Part shown: one piece after another, positions 17,363 to 27,336 of the stretch
Position numbering within the stretch: position 1 is the first letter of the stretch
Layout: each line of letters opens with the position of its first letter
Assembly (NCBI GenBank): GCA_048268245.1
Contig: JBLWVX010000014.1
Location: forward strand, 1 to 62,810
DNA: 62,810 nt
From: Arcobacteraceae bacterium
GTDB lineage: Bacteria > Campylobacterota > Campylobacteria > Campylobacterales > Arcobacteraceae
Direction: 5' to 3'
Translations under genes and position numbers: made by a program
The notes under the pieces: model-generated
The model's input: the letters and a program-made list of their open reading frames with translations, nothing else
Database searches by the model: none
What the model was told of the DNA's origin: nothing

Positions 17363-20185
17363 ATGCAAGATACTATTAAGATTTTTAACGCAAAAGAAAA
17401 CAATTTAAAAAATATAAATTTAGAGATACCAAAAAACAAGCTTATTGTATTTACGGGACTTTCAGGGTCTGGTAAGTCTACACTAGCTTTTGATACATTA
17501 TATGCAGAAGGTCAAAGACGATATATAGAGTCACTATCAGCATATGCAAGACAGTTCTTAGATAAGGTTGGTAAGCCTGATGTTGAAAGAATTGAGGGAT
17601 TAACACCTGCAATTGCTATTGATCAAAAAACAACATCAAAAAACCCAAGATCAACTGTTGGAACTATTACAGAAGTTTATGATTACTTTAGACTTTTATA
17701 TGCAAGAGTAGGAAAACAACACTGTCACCAATGTGGAGAGCCTATTTCAGAAATGAGTGCTTCTGATATTATTGATCAAGTGCTTAAACTTCCTGAGAAT
17801 TCAAAAGTTGTGATTTTAGCTCCACTTATCAATAGAAAAAAAGGTACCTTTGCTGACTTACTAGAAAGCCTTAGAGGAAAAGGTTATGTAAGAGCTATGA
17901 TTGATGGAGTTATGGCTAGACTTGATGAAGATATAGAATTAGAAAAAAATAAAATGCACACTATTAAAGTAGTAATTGATAGAGTTGTAGTAAAAGAAGA
18001 AAATAAAGAAAGAATCGCACAAGATGTAGAAAAAGGTCTAAAAGAGTCTTATGGGGAACTTGAAGTTGAAGTTTTAAATCACGAAGACGTTGGCTGCGAA
18101 AAACATATACATTATAGTGAACACATGGCATGTTTTTCTTGTAAAATCTCTTTTGAACCTTTAGAGCCTTTATCTTTCTCATTTAACTCACCAAAAGGAG
18201 CTTGTTCTTCTTGTGATGGCTTAGGAATAAGATATGCTTTAGATATGAAAAAAGTTGTAAATGAAGATTTACCTTTAGAAGATGGAGCTATTAGAATTAT
18301 CTATGGATTTAATAAAGGTTTTTATTTCAAAATGCTTATAGCTTATTGTGAAGCTGCCCAAATTGATACTACTATTCCTTTTAGAGATTTACCACAACAT
18401 CAACAAAAAGCCGTTTTACATGGTGGTGTTGAAGAAGCTAAATTTACTTGGAAAAGACATAATCTTACTAGAAAATGGGAAGGAATTGTAAAACTTGCCT
18501 ATGACATGATAAAAGATGAAAAAGATATGGCTGAATACATGACAGAAAAAGTTTGTGATTCATGTAATGGTAATAGACTAAAGCCCTCTTCTCAAAGTGT
18601 AATTGTAGCTAACAAAACAATAGGTGATATTATAAATAAACCTATCGAAGAAGCCCATGCTTTCTTCCAAGATGAGAAGAATTTCGAATACTTCAATCCT
18701 CAAGAAAAAATGATTGCTGCACCAATTCTAAAAGAGATAAAAGAAAGAATATTCTTTTTACATGATGTGGGTCTTGGATATATTACTCTAGGTAGAGATG
18801 CAAGAACTATTTCAGGTGGTGAAGCCCAAAGAATTAGAGTTGCAAGTCAAATTGGTTCTGGTCTTACAGGTGTTATGTATGTATTGGATGAACCTTCAAT
18901 TGGTTTACACGAAAGAGATACAAATAAACTTATCAAAACATTAAAAGCCTTACAAGAAAAAGGAAATACTGTAATAGTTGTTGAACATGATAAGGAAACT
19001 ATTGAAGCTTCTGACTTTATAGTTGATATTGGTCCAAATGCTGGTAAATATGGAGGGGAAGTTGTATTTGCAGGTACTTTAAAACAAATGCAAAAAGCAA
19101 AAACTTTAACAGCAAAATATATGACTGGTCAAAAGAAAATTGACTATGTACATAATAGACCTCAAGAAGAATTTATTAAAATTAAAAATGTAACTATCAA
19201 TAATATTAAAGATTTAGATGTTCAAATTCCACTTAAAAACCTTTGTGCAATTACTGGTGTTTCAGGAAGTGGTAAATCTTCTCTTATATTACAAACACTT
19301 CTTCCTGTTGCAAAAGAGCTTTTAAATCATGCTAAAAAAGTTAAAAAAGTTGATGGAGTTGAAATTGAAGGTTTAGAAAGTCTTGACAAAGTAATCTACC
19401 TTGACCAAAGCCCTATTGGAAGAACGCCAAGAAGTAATCCAGCAACATATACAGGTCTTATGGACGAAATAAGAACACTATTTTCTAAAACAAAAGAAGC
19501 TCAACTTAGAGGTTATAAAATAGGAAGATTCTCATTTAATGTAAAAGGTGGAAGATGTGAGAAGTGTCAAGGTGAAGGTGAAATAAAAATTGAAATGCAC
19601 TTCCTACCAGATATTATGGTTAAATGTGATGATTGTGGTGGACAAAGATATAACCCTCAAACTTTAGAGATTTTATACAAAGGAAAAAATATCTCTGATG
19701 TATTAAATATGAGTGTTGATGAAGCCTTAGAATTCTTTATTAAAGTTCCAAAAATTCATGCTAAATTAAAAACACTTTCTGATGTTGGTTTAGGATATAT
19801 TACACTAGGACAAAATGCAGTTACACTATCAGGTGGAGAAGCACAAAGAATCAAACTATCTAAAGAGTTATCTAAAAAAGATACTGGAAATACTTTATAT
19901 GTATTAGATGAGCCAACTACTGGACTTCACTTTGCAGATGTTGATAGACTTACAAAAGTTTTACATCACTTAGTTGATTTAGGAAACTCCGTACTAGTAA
20001 TTGAGCATAATTTAGATGTTGTTAAAAACTCTGATTGGGTTATTGATATAGGACCTGAGGGTGGAAATAAAGGTGGTACACTTGTTGATGAGGGAACGCC
20101 TGAACAACTAGCTTCAAGACATAAGAAAACTGGTTCATATACAGGATACTATTTAGAAAAAGAACTTGAAGAAATGAAAAAATAA
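17363..20185 (+). CDS. uvrA: Excinuclease ABC subunit A
   Basis: GLSGSGKS and GVSGSGKS Walker A motifs, YAEGQRRY, zinc-finger CxxC pairs, two SGGEAQRI signatures. Confidence 0.99.
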   Translation: MQDTIKIFNAKENNLKNINLEIPKNKLIVFTGLSGSGKSTLAFDTLYAEGQRRYIESLSAYARQFLDKVGKPDVERIEGLTPAIAIDQKTTSKNPRSTVGTITEVYDYFRLLYARVGKQHCHQCGEPISEMSASDIIDQVLKLPENSKVVILAPLINRKKGTFADLLESLRGKGYVRAMIDGVMARLDEDIELEKNKMHTIKVVIDRVVVKEENKERIAQDVEKGLKESYGELEVEVLNHEDVGCEKHIHYSEHMACFSCKISFEPLEPLSFSFNSPKGACSSCDGLGIRYALDMKKVVNEDLPLEDGAIRIIYGFNKGFYFKMLIAYCEAAQIDTTIPFRDLPQHQQKAVLHGGVEEAKFTWKRHNLTRKWEGIVKLAYDMIKDEKDMAEYMTEKVCDSCNGNRLKPSSQSVIVANKTIGDIINKPIEEAHAFFQDEKNFEYFNPQEKMIAAPILKEIKERIFFLHDVGLGYITLGRDARTISGGEAQRIRVASQIGSGLTGVMYVLDEPSIGLHERDTNKLIKTLKALQEKGNTVIVVEHDKETIEASDFIVDIGPNAGKYGGEVVFAGTLKQMQKAKTLTAKYMTGQKKIDYVHNRPQEEFIKIKNVTINNIKDLDVQIPLKNLCAITGVSGSGKSSLILQTLLPVAKELLNHAKKVKKVDGVEIEGLESLDKVIYLDQSPIGRTPRSNPATYTGLMDEIRTLFSKTKEAQLRGYKIGRFSFNVKGGRCEKCQGEGEIKIEMHFLPDIMVKCDDCGGQRYNPQTLEILYKGKNISDVLNMSVDEALEFFIKVPKIHAKLKTLSDVGLGYITLGQNAVTLSGGEAQRIKLSKELSKKDTGNTLYVLDEPTTGLHFADVDRLTKVLHHLVDLGNSVLVIEHNLDVVKNSDWVIDIGPEGGNKGGTLVDEGTPEQLASRHKKTGSYTGYYLEKELEEMKK

Positions 20186-20541
20186 TGAAAATAGACTATT
20201 CAATATTTAATCAAAAAACAGCAATAGATAGATTTATCTTTGCTGTTGAAGAAGGTTATTATAGAGAAGCACATGAGCTTCTTGAAGATGATTGGAATGA
20301 ATATAAAAGATTAGGTTTAAAGAAAAAAGCTTTAGCACTTAAAGGTTTAATAAATGGTGCAACTGCACTTGCTTTGTATCATATAAAGAAAAGACCTCAT
20401 GCTTACGAAAAAGTATGGCCTGTTTTTATAAAATATATGCCTTTATTAGATGAAGTTGAATTAGAAAATAAAGATAAGTTTTATTATGCAAGAGATTTAT
20501 TAATAAAACTTAATAAAAAAATAAAAGTCAAGCTATATTAA
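20185..20541 (+). CDS. DUF309 family protein
   Basis: YREAHELLEDDW motif and KGLINGATALALYH; overlaps the uvrA stop (TAATG). Confidence 0.8.
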   Translation: MKIDYSIFNQKTAIDRFIFAVEEGYYREAHELLEDDWNEYKRLGLKKKALALKGLINGATALALYHIKKRPHAYEKVWPVFIKYMPLLDEVELENKDKFYYARDLLIKLNKKIKVKLY

Positions 20542-20549
20542 CTTGACTT

Positions 20550-20909
20550 TTATGAAGCACTCTCTTTAGCTTGATTCATTAAAAAAGCTTTTAGTTTCAT
20601 CATATCTTCTGTAGGAAATTGATTTTCAGACTCCCCTCTTTGAGTTCTTACATAGAAATCTTTTGAAGAATTATTAAAACCAAAATTCATATTAGTTAAA
20701 GTATATTCATAACTATTAGTTGCTGTTTCATTTTTTACTTTTTCAATTTGAGCTACTTCACCTGCTTTTAAGAATTCTTCCCTTCTTAGCTCAGATAAAT
20801 TGTTTCTTTCACCAAGTTTTGAAGTTTCTGTTGATGCGTGTACTTGTTCTAATTCTAGTGATCTAGTGTCTCTAAATTGATCAATTTTTGGTATTAATCC
20901 ATATTCCAT
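20550..20909 (-). CDS. FlaG-like protein
   Basis: C-terminus 'MNFGFNNSSKDFYVR...NQFPTEDMMKL' resembles the FlaG LxFxxD..V..RQIPxEExL pattern; strong AAGGAG RBS. Confidence 0.55.
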   Translation of the reverse strand: MEYGLIPKIDQFRDTRSLELEQVHASTETSKLGERNNLSELRREEFLKAGEVAQIEKVKNETATNSYEYTLTNMNFGFNNSSKDFYVRTQRGESENQFPTEDMMKLKAFLMNQAKESAS

Positions 20910-20946
20910 AACATACTCCTTTTATTAAAACTCGCTTAATAAATTT

Positions 20947-20976
20947 ATTATACACAATTTTGCTTATGATTGTCAA
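20947..20976 (-). promoter_or_regulatory. Sigma70-type promoter for the FlaG-like gene
   Basis: Minus strand TTGACA-N18-TATAAT about 38 nt upstream of the ATG. Confidence 0.65.
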
Positions 20977-21080
20977 AAATTAAGTTTATTTTGATATGAT
21001 TAGTTACTATTTTTTAATTTAAAGGAGTCTTTATTGGAAGATAATTCCCCGAGGTGCAGTTTAATACAAAGTGAGCCCCA

Positions 21081-22133
21081 ATGGAAATTTTAGTCTTACT
21101 ATTCTTAGTAGTTGTTGGAACATCTTTCTTATGTTCTATTTTAGAATCAATCCTACTTTCAACTAATGTATCATACATTTCTGTTCTTGAAAATAAGAAT
21201 CCAAGTGCAGGAAAGCTTCTTAAAAAACTTAAAACAGATATTGACAGTTCTATTGCTTCAATTTTGATTTTAAATACTATTGCAAACACTTTAGGTGCAA
21301 CTGCAATTGGTGTTCAAGCCCAAAATGTATTTGGTGGTGATAAAACTTTAGTAATGGTAACTTCAATTGTTTTAACTTTCTTGATTTTGTTTTTTGCTGA
21401 AATAATTCCTAAAACAATAGGTGCAGTTTATTGGAAGCAACTAGCTCCTTTTGCAGCAAGAATTATAAATATGTTTATTTTCGTAACATACCCTATTATT
21501 AAAATTACGCAGTTTGTAACTAAAAAAATAGGTTCAGATAACAGTGACTCAATATCAAGGGAAGAGCTTATACACTCCACTCTACTGAGTGAAGAGGAAG
21601 GTGTGATTGGTGATTTAGAATCTGATATTATTGAAAATACTTTAACTTTAAACAATATGAAGATTAAAGAGATTTTAACACCTAGGTCTGTAGTATATGC
21701 AGTGGATAAAGAAACTTCAATAAAAGATATTATTGAAGACAAGAGAACTTTCAAGTTCTCAAGAGTTCCTGTATATGATGAAAGCATTGATAATATTGTA
21801 GGTTTAGTTCTAACTAAAAAACTATTCAAGCAAGCTATCATTGACCAGGATGTTAGTATTGAGTCAATAATGAAACCTGTAATTTCATTAAATGAAAACA
21901 TTCCTGTTTCAAAAGCATTAAATATGTTTATCCAAAAAAAGGAACATATGTTTATTGTTGCTGATTCTTATGATCAAACTGAAGGTATTCTTACATTAGA
22001 AGATTGTATCGAGACACTTCTAGGATTAGAAATAATGGATGAGTCTGATACTACAGCTGATATGAGAAGACTTGCTTTAAATAAAATGAAAGCAAAGAGA
22101 AAAGAGAAGGAGAGAGAAAAAAATGAGTTCTAA
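21081..22133 (+). CDS. CNNM (DUF21)-CBS domain protein, CorB/hemolysin-like
   Basis: SFLCSILES, ILILNTIANTLGA, FAEIIPKT, LTPR, FSRVPVY, GILTLED. Confidence 0.9.
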   Translation: MEILVLLFLVVVGTSFLCSILESILLSTNVSYISVLENKNPSAGKLLKKLKTDIDSSIASILILNTIANTLGATAIGVQAQNVFGGDKTLVMVTSIVLTFLILFFAEIIPKTIGAVYWKQLAPFAARIINMFIFVTYPIIKITQFVTKKIGSDNSDSISREELIHSTLLSEEEGVIGDLESDIIENTLTLNNMKIKEILTPRSVVYAVDKETSIKDIIEDKRTFKFSRVPVYDESIDNIVGLVLTKKLFKQAIIDQDVSIESIMKPVISLNENIPVSKALNMFIQKKEHMFIVADSYDQTEGILTLEDCIETLLGLEIMDESDTTADMRRLALNKMKAKRKEKEREKNEF

Positions 22134-22869
22134 AAGCACAATAATTAGTATTTTTGTTGTATTTATTGTAGCATTAATGTTGGCTGATGGTGAGCCAAAG
22201 CCACTAGCACCATGGTCTTATTCAGAGGATCAAGGTCCTTCGAAATGGGCTGAACTTGATGAAAGATATGCTATGTGTGAAAATGGTTTAAACCAATCAC
22301 CAATTAACATTACAAATACAATTGATGCTAATTTAGCTGCATTAAAATTTGAAGGTAATTCAAAAGGAACTGTATTTGAAAATACAGGTAATGGAGTAAA
22401 AGTTTTATTTTCTGGTGGAAATAAACTAGTAGTCGATGGTCAAGAATATTCTTTAAAACAAATACATTTTCATACACCAAGTGAAAATACAATTGATGGT
22501 AAATCATTCCCAATGGAAGCACACTTAGTTCATACTAAAGGTTCAAGTTTAGCAGTTGTTGCTGTTATGTTTGAAGTGGGAGAAGATAACTTAGTATTAA
22601 ATAAACTATTAAGAAACTTACCTGAAACAGAAGGTGACAAAAATGAATTAAAATCTGATGTTGAAGGATATGAGATTTTATCAGCTAACCAAGAATATTA
22701 TAGATTTAATGGTTCTTTAACAACTCCTCCTTGTACAGAGGGTGTTAAATGGTTAGTTTTAAAAACACCAGTAGAATTATCTCAAAGCCAATTAAACGAT
22801 TTTGAAGCTGTAATGGGTCAAAACAATAGACCTGTTCAAGATATTAACGCTAGACCTGTTCTACACTAA
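22123..22869 (+). CDS. Periplasmic alpha-class carbonic anhydrase
   Basis: WSY..GPSKW, NQSPINI, QIHFHTPSE, EAHLVH zinc ligands, GSLTTPPCTEGV, NNRPVQ; N-terminal signal. Confidence 0.95.
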   Translation: MSSKSTIISIFVVFIVALMLADGEPKPLAPWSYSEDQGPSKWAELDERYAMCENGLNQSPINITNTIDANLAALKFEGNSKGTVFENTGNGVKVLFSGGNKLVVDGQEYSLKQIHFHTPSENTIDGKSFPMEAHLVHTKGSSLAVVAVMFEVGEDNLVLNKLLRNLPETEGDKNELKSDVEGYEILSANQEYYRFNGSLTTPPCTEGVKWLVLKTPVELSQSQLNDFEAVMGQNNRPVQDINARPVLH

Positions 22870-22874
22870 ACTTA

Positions 22875-22902
22875 TACATTAAAGGAGAAATCCTTTAATG
22901 TA
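22875..22902 (+). terminator. Intrinsic terminator hairpin after carbonic anhydrase
   Basis: TACATTAAAGGA-GAAA-TCCTTTAATGTA perfect 12-bp stem. Confidence 0.75.
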
Positions 22903-22976
22903 AAATCTTTTATAAAACCTACACTTAAACTATTTCATGTTATAACTACTTCAAATTTAATATAAGAAGTAATTTA

Positions 22977-23471
22977 ATGAAAAATGAAAAGCTAATAGAA
23001 TTCCTTGATTCATTTAAAAGTATCATCATAAACTCTTTAGATGAGAATAAAAACCCTTTTTCTTCATATGCACCTTTTGTAAAATATGAAAATGCATATT
23101 ATGTATATTTATCTGGTATGGCAAAACATTCACAAAATCTAAAACAAAACCCAAAAGCAAGTATTTTTTTCTGTGAAGATGAAAGCTCTTGTGAAAATAT
23201 ATTTGCAAGAAAAAGAGTAGTTATGCAGTGTGATACAAGTGTATTAGAAAAAAATAGTTTACAATATGAAAATATACTTGATTTATTTGAAGAAAAATTT
23301 GATAAAAGTATGGTTCAAACACTAAGAGGAATGAGTGATTTTAATCTTTATGAATTTAAAGCCTTTTATGGGGAAGCTGTTTTTGGATTTGGTAAAGCCT
23401 ATAATCTAGGTGGAGAGAACTTTAATGAGTTAGTTCAAAGAGAAAATACAAAAGGTCATGGACATAAATAA
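22977..23471 (+). CDS. HugZ/HutZ-like pyridoxamine 5'-phosphate oxidase family (heme utilisation) protein
   Basis: PFSSYAPFV, YLSGMAKHSQNL, EDESSCENIFARKR, DFNL..GFGKAY. Confidence 0.82.
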   Translation: MKNEKLIEFLDSFKSIIINSLDENKNPFSSYAPFVKYENAYYVYLSGMAKHSQNLKQNPKASIFFCEDESSCENIFARKRVVMQCDTSVLEKNSLQYENILDLFEEKFDKSMVQTLRGMSDFNLYEFKAFYGEAVFGFGKAYNLGGENFNELVQRENTKGHGHK

Positions 23472-23494
23472 AGTAGTTTAAAGACTACTTTATT
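23467..23494. terminator. Bidirectional terminator-like hairpin between convergent genes
   Basis: AATAAAGTAGT-TTAAAG-ACTACTTTATT. Confidence 0.65.
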
Positions 23495-24001
23495 TTATAG
23501 TAAAGACTCAAATTTCTTTACAAGATATTCGATTTTTAAATCATATGCTAAACTTAGAGCACTATTTCCTAACATATCCTCATGCTTAACACAAGCATTA
23601 TTATCAACTAAATAATCTATACTTTGTATTTTATTGTACAAAACTGCATAAATTAAGGCTGTTGATTTTATATCATCAAGTTCATTTAAATCTATACCAC
23701 AACTTTTTAGGCATTTTAAAACTTTTATATCATTCTTATAAACAGCATAATTTACAGCACTTAGTGAACTTGTAACCTTAGTATCTATACCTAAATTTAC
23801 TAGCTTTTTTATTAGGTTTGTTTTTCTATAATAAATAGCCCAAAATAATGCATTTCTTCCTCTTGTGTCCCTAGCATTAATGTTTGCACCTAGTTTTATC
23901 AAATCATCTATTTTTTGCTCTGAACCTTTTGATATTGCAGTAAAAAGTTCATTACTTAGAATGTTCGAAAAGTCTTTATTGATTAATATATTATTTGACA
24001 T
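23495..24001 (-). CDS. Ankyrin repeat protein
   Basis: GANINARDTRGRNALFWA, STALIYAV, GNSALSLA repeats. Confidence 0.9.
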   Translation of the reverse strand: MSNNILINKDFSNILSNELFTAISKGSEQKIDDLIKLGANINARDTRGRNALFWAIYYRKTNLIKKLVNLGIDTKVTSSLSAVNYAVYKNDIKVLKCLKSCGIDLNELDDIKSTALIYAVLYNKIQSIDYLVDNNACVKHEDMLGNSALSLAYDLKIEYLVKKFESLL

Positions 24002-24092
24002 TTTTCTTCTCTCTTTATTTAATATTGATAATTGTTATCATATATAAGTTATTCTTAAAAAGAGATAAATATATAAAAAGACAAAAAACTAA

Positions 24093-25211
24093 TTATTGTT
24101 TTTTGTCTTTTTTATTAGGATCAAAAATCTTACCATCTCCTGAGATAAGAATTGCTAAGCCTTTTGTATTTTCAAATTGAGACAAGATGATTAGTAAAAT
24201 CATCATTAATGGAACTGATAAAAACATACCTACCGTACCCCACATAGCACCCCAAAGTACAAGTGATAAGATTACGACAAATTGAGAAATATTTAGTTTA
24301 TTACCCATTAATCTTGGATAGATGATATTACCAACTGTAAACTGCACTACGGCTAAGGAAGCTAATAAAAATAGTACAGGTGATAATTCATTAAATTGTA
24401 CTAATGAAAAAAGTGTTGGTATAACAACAGCTATAATACTTCCTATTGTTGGTATAAAGTTAAGAATAAAAGCTAAGAACCCCCAAAGAACAGCACCTTG
24501 TAAAGAGAAAAACTCACATATAAAATAAGTCAGTATTCCTGTAAATAAACTTATAATTGTTGTAATTGATATATACATTCTAATAGTTTTTGAAATAGAT
24601 TCTAAAACCTCTTTTGCTTTTGCTCTTGTATCATAGTTTTTAAATAAAGCATTTATCTTAGCATTAAAAAATCTTTGATCTATTAAGAGAAATAGTACAT
24701 ATAAAAGTATTTGCATTATATTACTTACGATAGAACTAAAAGCAGAGATTACTTTATTTATAAGAGATGCTAAACTAAACTGTTCAAAAAGTTTTTCAAA
24801 CTTTTGTGACACATCAAAACCTGCCATTGATGACAACTTTTCTATTATTGAAGTGAATTTACTATCTAGTTGTGATATTGTACCACTTAATTCAACCATA
24901 TTTGAAGCAATAAAACTTCCTATTTCAAACATAAGATAAACAATAATAACCAAAGATAGAGGAATAGCAATAGTATTTCCTATATTTGAGTCAAAATAAG
25001 GAAGTTTTTTTATTTGATTTGCAAGAGCATTTATTAAAAACCAAATTAAAACAGCAATAGCTAAAGGTGTTAAGATATTATTTAAAGTAGATAATGTATA
25101 AACTACTAAAAACATAAAAGCTAAGAAATAAAATGCTGAAGCAAAATTTGTGTTATAGATTCTGTCTTCTGATTTTGTTTTTGTGACAATATTTTTATCT
25201 AAATGATCCAA
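24093..25211 (-). CDS. AI-2E family transporter
   Basis: ILNFIPTIGS, IIYPRLMG..LNIS, LWGAMWGTVGMFLSVP. Confidence 0.9.
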   Translation of the reverse strand: MDHLDKNIVTKTKSEDRIYNTNFASAFYFLAFMFLVVYTLSTLNNILTPLAIAVLIWFLINALANQIKKLPYFDSNIGNTIAIPLSLVIIVYLMFEIGSFIASNMVELSGTISQLDSKFTSIIEKLSSMAGFDVSQKFEKLFEQFSLASLINKVISAFSSIVSNIMQILLYVLFLLIDQRFFNAKINALFKNYDTRAKAKEVLESISKTIRMYISITTIISLFTGILTYFICEFFSLQGAVLWGFLAFILNFIPTIGSIIAVVIPTLFSLVQFNELSPVLFLLASLAVVQFTVGNIIYPRLMGNKLNISQFVVILSLVLWGAMWGTVGMFLSVPLMMILLIILSQFENTKGLAILISGDGKIFDPNKKDKKQ

Positions 25212-25270
25212 TATATTAACCTTGTATTAGTTTTAGCTAATAATAACAAATTAAATATTTAAAAGATATT

Positions 25271-25921
25271 TTAGTTTTCTAAGTGTTTTGATTCAAGTTC
25301 TTTTTGAAAGTCTGTTTTTAGCATCTCTTCAATTTTTTTATCAATTATATCAAGAGTTTTAAACTCTGTTTCTTTAGAAACAGCAGGTAGTTCTTCTTGG
25401 AAAAGTTTTTGAGCTTCAAAGAAACCGTCTTCTATTCCTTGTCTTGACTCTTTTAAAGCTTGAGGTTCATTTCCAGTTAAAGTCTCAACAAATTTAACTA
25501 ATCTTTTTGAAGTCTCTTCTGAACCAAAAAAACCTTCATCAGAAAGTAATTCTTTAGCTTCTTCTTTTGTAAGTTGAGATAAAGGTTTTCCTGTATATCC
25601 CATCTCTTCTAAAGTTAAAGTTTTTTCAAACTTTCTACCTTCAAAAAAGTTAACATAATCAACCTTTCCTACTTCAAGATTTGATAAAACTTGTTGTGCA
25701 TTAGTGTTTCCTTTTGAAAACTCTGCACTTTTTACATTTAAATAGTTTTGGATATTGTGTGTAGAAATAGAAATAGTTACAGCTGCATTATGAAGCTTAC
25801 TCTCGCTTACTTTATCAATATAGTTAGAAGCTGTTATATCTTTATTATCAAGTAATGTTGTGTTCTTTTCATTAAAATTATTAAGATTCAAACTTAATTG
25901 ATCTAGTCCTAAGCCGTACAT
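25271..25921 (-). CDS. Conserved Campylobacterota hypothetical protein (DUF5610-like C-terminus)
   Basis: GYTGKPLSQLTKEEAKELLSDEGFFG.EETSKR..F...GIEDGFFEA pattern; family recalled, not verified. Confidence 0.55.
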   Translation of the reverse strand: MYGLGLDQLSLNLNNFNEKNTTLLDNKDITASNYIDKVSESKLHNAAVTISISTHNIQNYLNVKSAEFSKGNTNAQQVLSNLEVGKVDYVNFFEGRKFEKTLTLEEMGYTGKPLSQLTKEEAKELLSDEGFFGSEETSKRLVKFVETLTGNEPQALKESRQGIEDGFFEAQKLFQEELPAVSKETEFKTLDIIDKKIEEMLKTDFQKELESKHLEN

Positions 25922-25961
25922 TATGTATCCTTTATGATACTATATTATACTTTTACAATTC

Positions 25962-26552
25962 TTATTTTTTTCTTAAAGAGTTTTTAAACTCTTCAATCTC
26001 CTCTTTCATAGTATTTGTATACCCCTTTGCACTTGTATATAAATAGAATATTGATTGAATCATAAAGAAATAAAATGCATTTGTATACCCTATATAAACA
26101 AATATTACATCTGCAACAAAAAAACAAATAAATGCAATTCCTCTTGTTTTATGATTTTTACTTGATAATAAAAAGCTTCCATAAATTGCAATAGCTGATG
26201 CAATTAAATCTATAGGGAGTAGTGTAAAGTCAATATTTGACATATTTGGAAGAACTTTTAAATATAAAACAAAAAGATAAATAAATAAAACTATACTTAT
26301 TAAGGATACATCTCTTTTTCTTTCATTTGTTAGTTTATATATACCTAAAACTGCTGTTACAAAAAAGAGAATCATTTGAACAATTACAGGGACCTTTCCT
26401 TTTAAAGTAAAGAAAGTTAAAAGTGCTAAGTTTGAAATAAAGAAACTAACAAAACCCCAATAAATTGGACAAGTATTAGCTTTTGTACTTCTTGACATTA
26501 GATATGCACCTATTATAGAAAAGATAGCCCCTATTGCTTCTAGTATTATCAT
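25962..26552 (-). CDS. Membrane protein with an internal 3-TM duplication (PnuC-like)
   Basis: Repeats EAIGAIFSIIGAYLMS / DLIASAIAIYGSFLLS, each followed by (G/A)F..FF..(N/D) and a QxI motif. Confidence 0.55.
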   Translation of the reverse strand: MIILEAIGAIFSIIGAYLMSRSTKANTCPIYWGFVSFFISNLALLTFFTLKGKVPVIVQMILFFVTAVLGIYKLTNERKRDVSLISIVLFIYLFVLYLKVLPNMSNIDFTLLPIDLIASAIAIYGSFLLSSKNHKTRGIAFICFFVADVIFVYIGYTNAFYFFMIQSIFYLYTSAKGYTNTMKEEIEEFKNSLRKK

Positions 26553-26662
26553 GTATTCACTTTTTTATTAAATTTTTGCAATTATATTCAATTTAACAAA
26601 AATTATAATAAATATAATATGTATTTAACTATAATTCTAAAAAAATTTAAAGATTAAAATTA

Positions 26663-27286
26663 ATGAATGAACAAGAATTTAAAAAGTGCTATAAATGTTT
26701 TAGACCCAAAAGCTCATGTAGTTGTAAAAATATTGAAACTTCCCTTGATACAAATACAAAATTTGTAATCCTTATGCACCCAAAAGAGTTTAAAAAAACA
26801 AAAAATGGTACAGGATATATGACTAAAAATTCTATCAAAAACTGTGAAATAATAATTGGCATTGACTTTTCTAAAAATAATAGAGTAAATGAACTAATAA
26901 ATAACAAAACTTATAGTCCATATCTTTTATATCCCCATGAAAACAGTATAAAAGTCAATAAAGAAATTATAAATGAAAATAAAAAGCTTCTTATATTTAT
27001 ACTTGATTCAACATGGCCTTGTTCTAAAAAAATGCTAAAATCAAGTTTGAACTTACAAAACATTCCAAAACTTAGTTTTGAACATGATTTAAAATCAAAC
27101 TTTAAAATTAAGGCCCAACCAAAAGATTACTGTTTATCGACAATAGAGTCTACTTTTTGTTTACTTCAAGAACTAAATAATCAGAATTTAGAAGATATTA
27201 AAAAGAAAGATCTAAATATGTTTTTGCAACCTTTTAATAAAATGGTAGAATATCAAGTAAGTTGCAATAAGTTGCATAGCTATTAA
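26663..27286 (+). CDS. DTW-domain tRNA-uridine aminocarboxypropyltransferase (TapT-like)
   Basis: CxxC..CxC N-terminus, MHPKE..NGTG, ILDSTW, LSTIES. Confidence 0.88.
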   Translation: MNEQEFKKCYKCFRPKSSCSCKNIETSLDTNTKFVILMHPKEFKKTKNGTGYMTKNSIKNCEIIIGIDFSKNNRVNELINNKTYSPYLLYPHENSIKVNKEIINENKKLLIFILDSTWPCSKKMLKSSLNLQNIPKLSFEHDLKSNFKIKAQPKDYCLSTIESTFCLLQELNNQNLEDIKKKDLNMFLQPFNKMVEYQVSCNKLHSY

Positions 27287-27336
27287 AGATATATTTGTAT
27301 ATAATTTAATAAATCAAAAGGATTATACGATTTATT

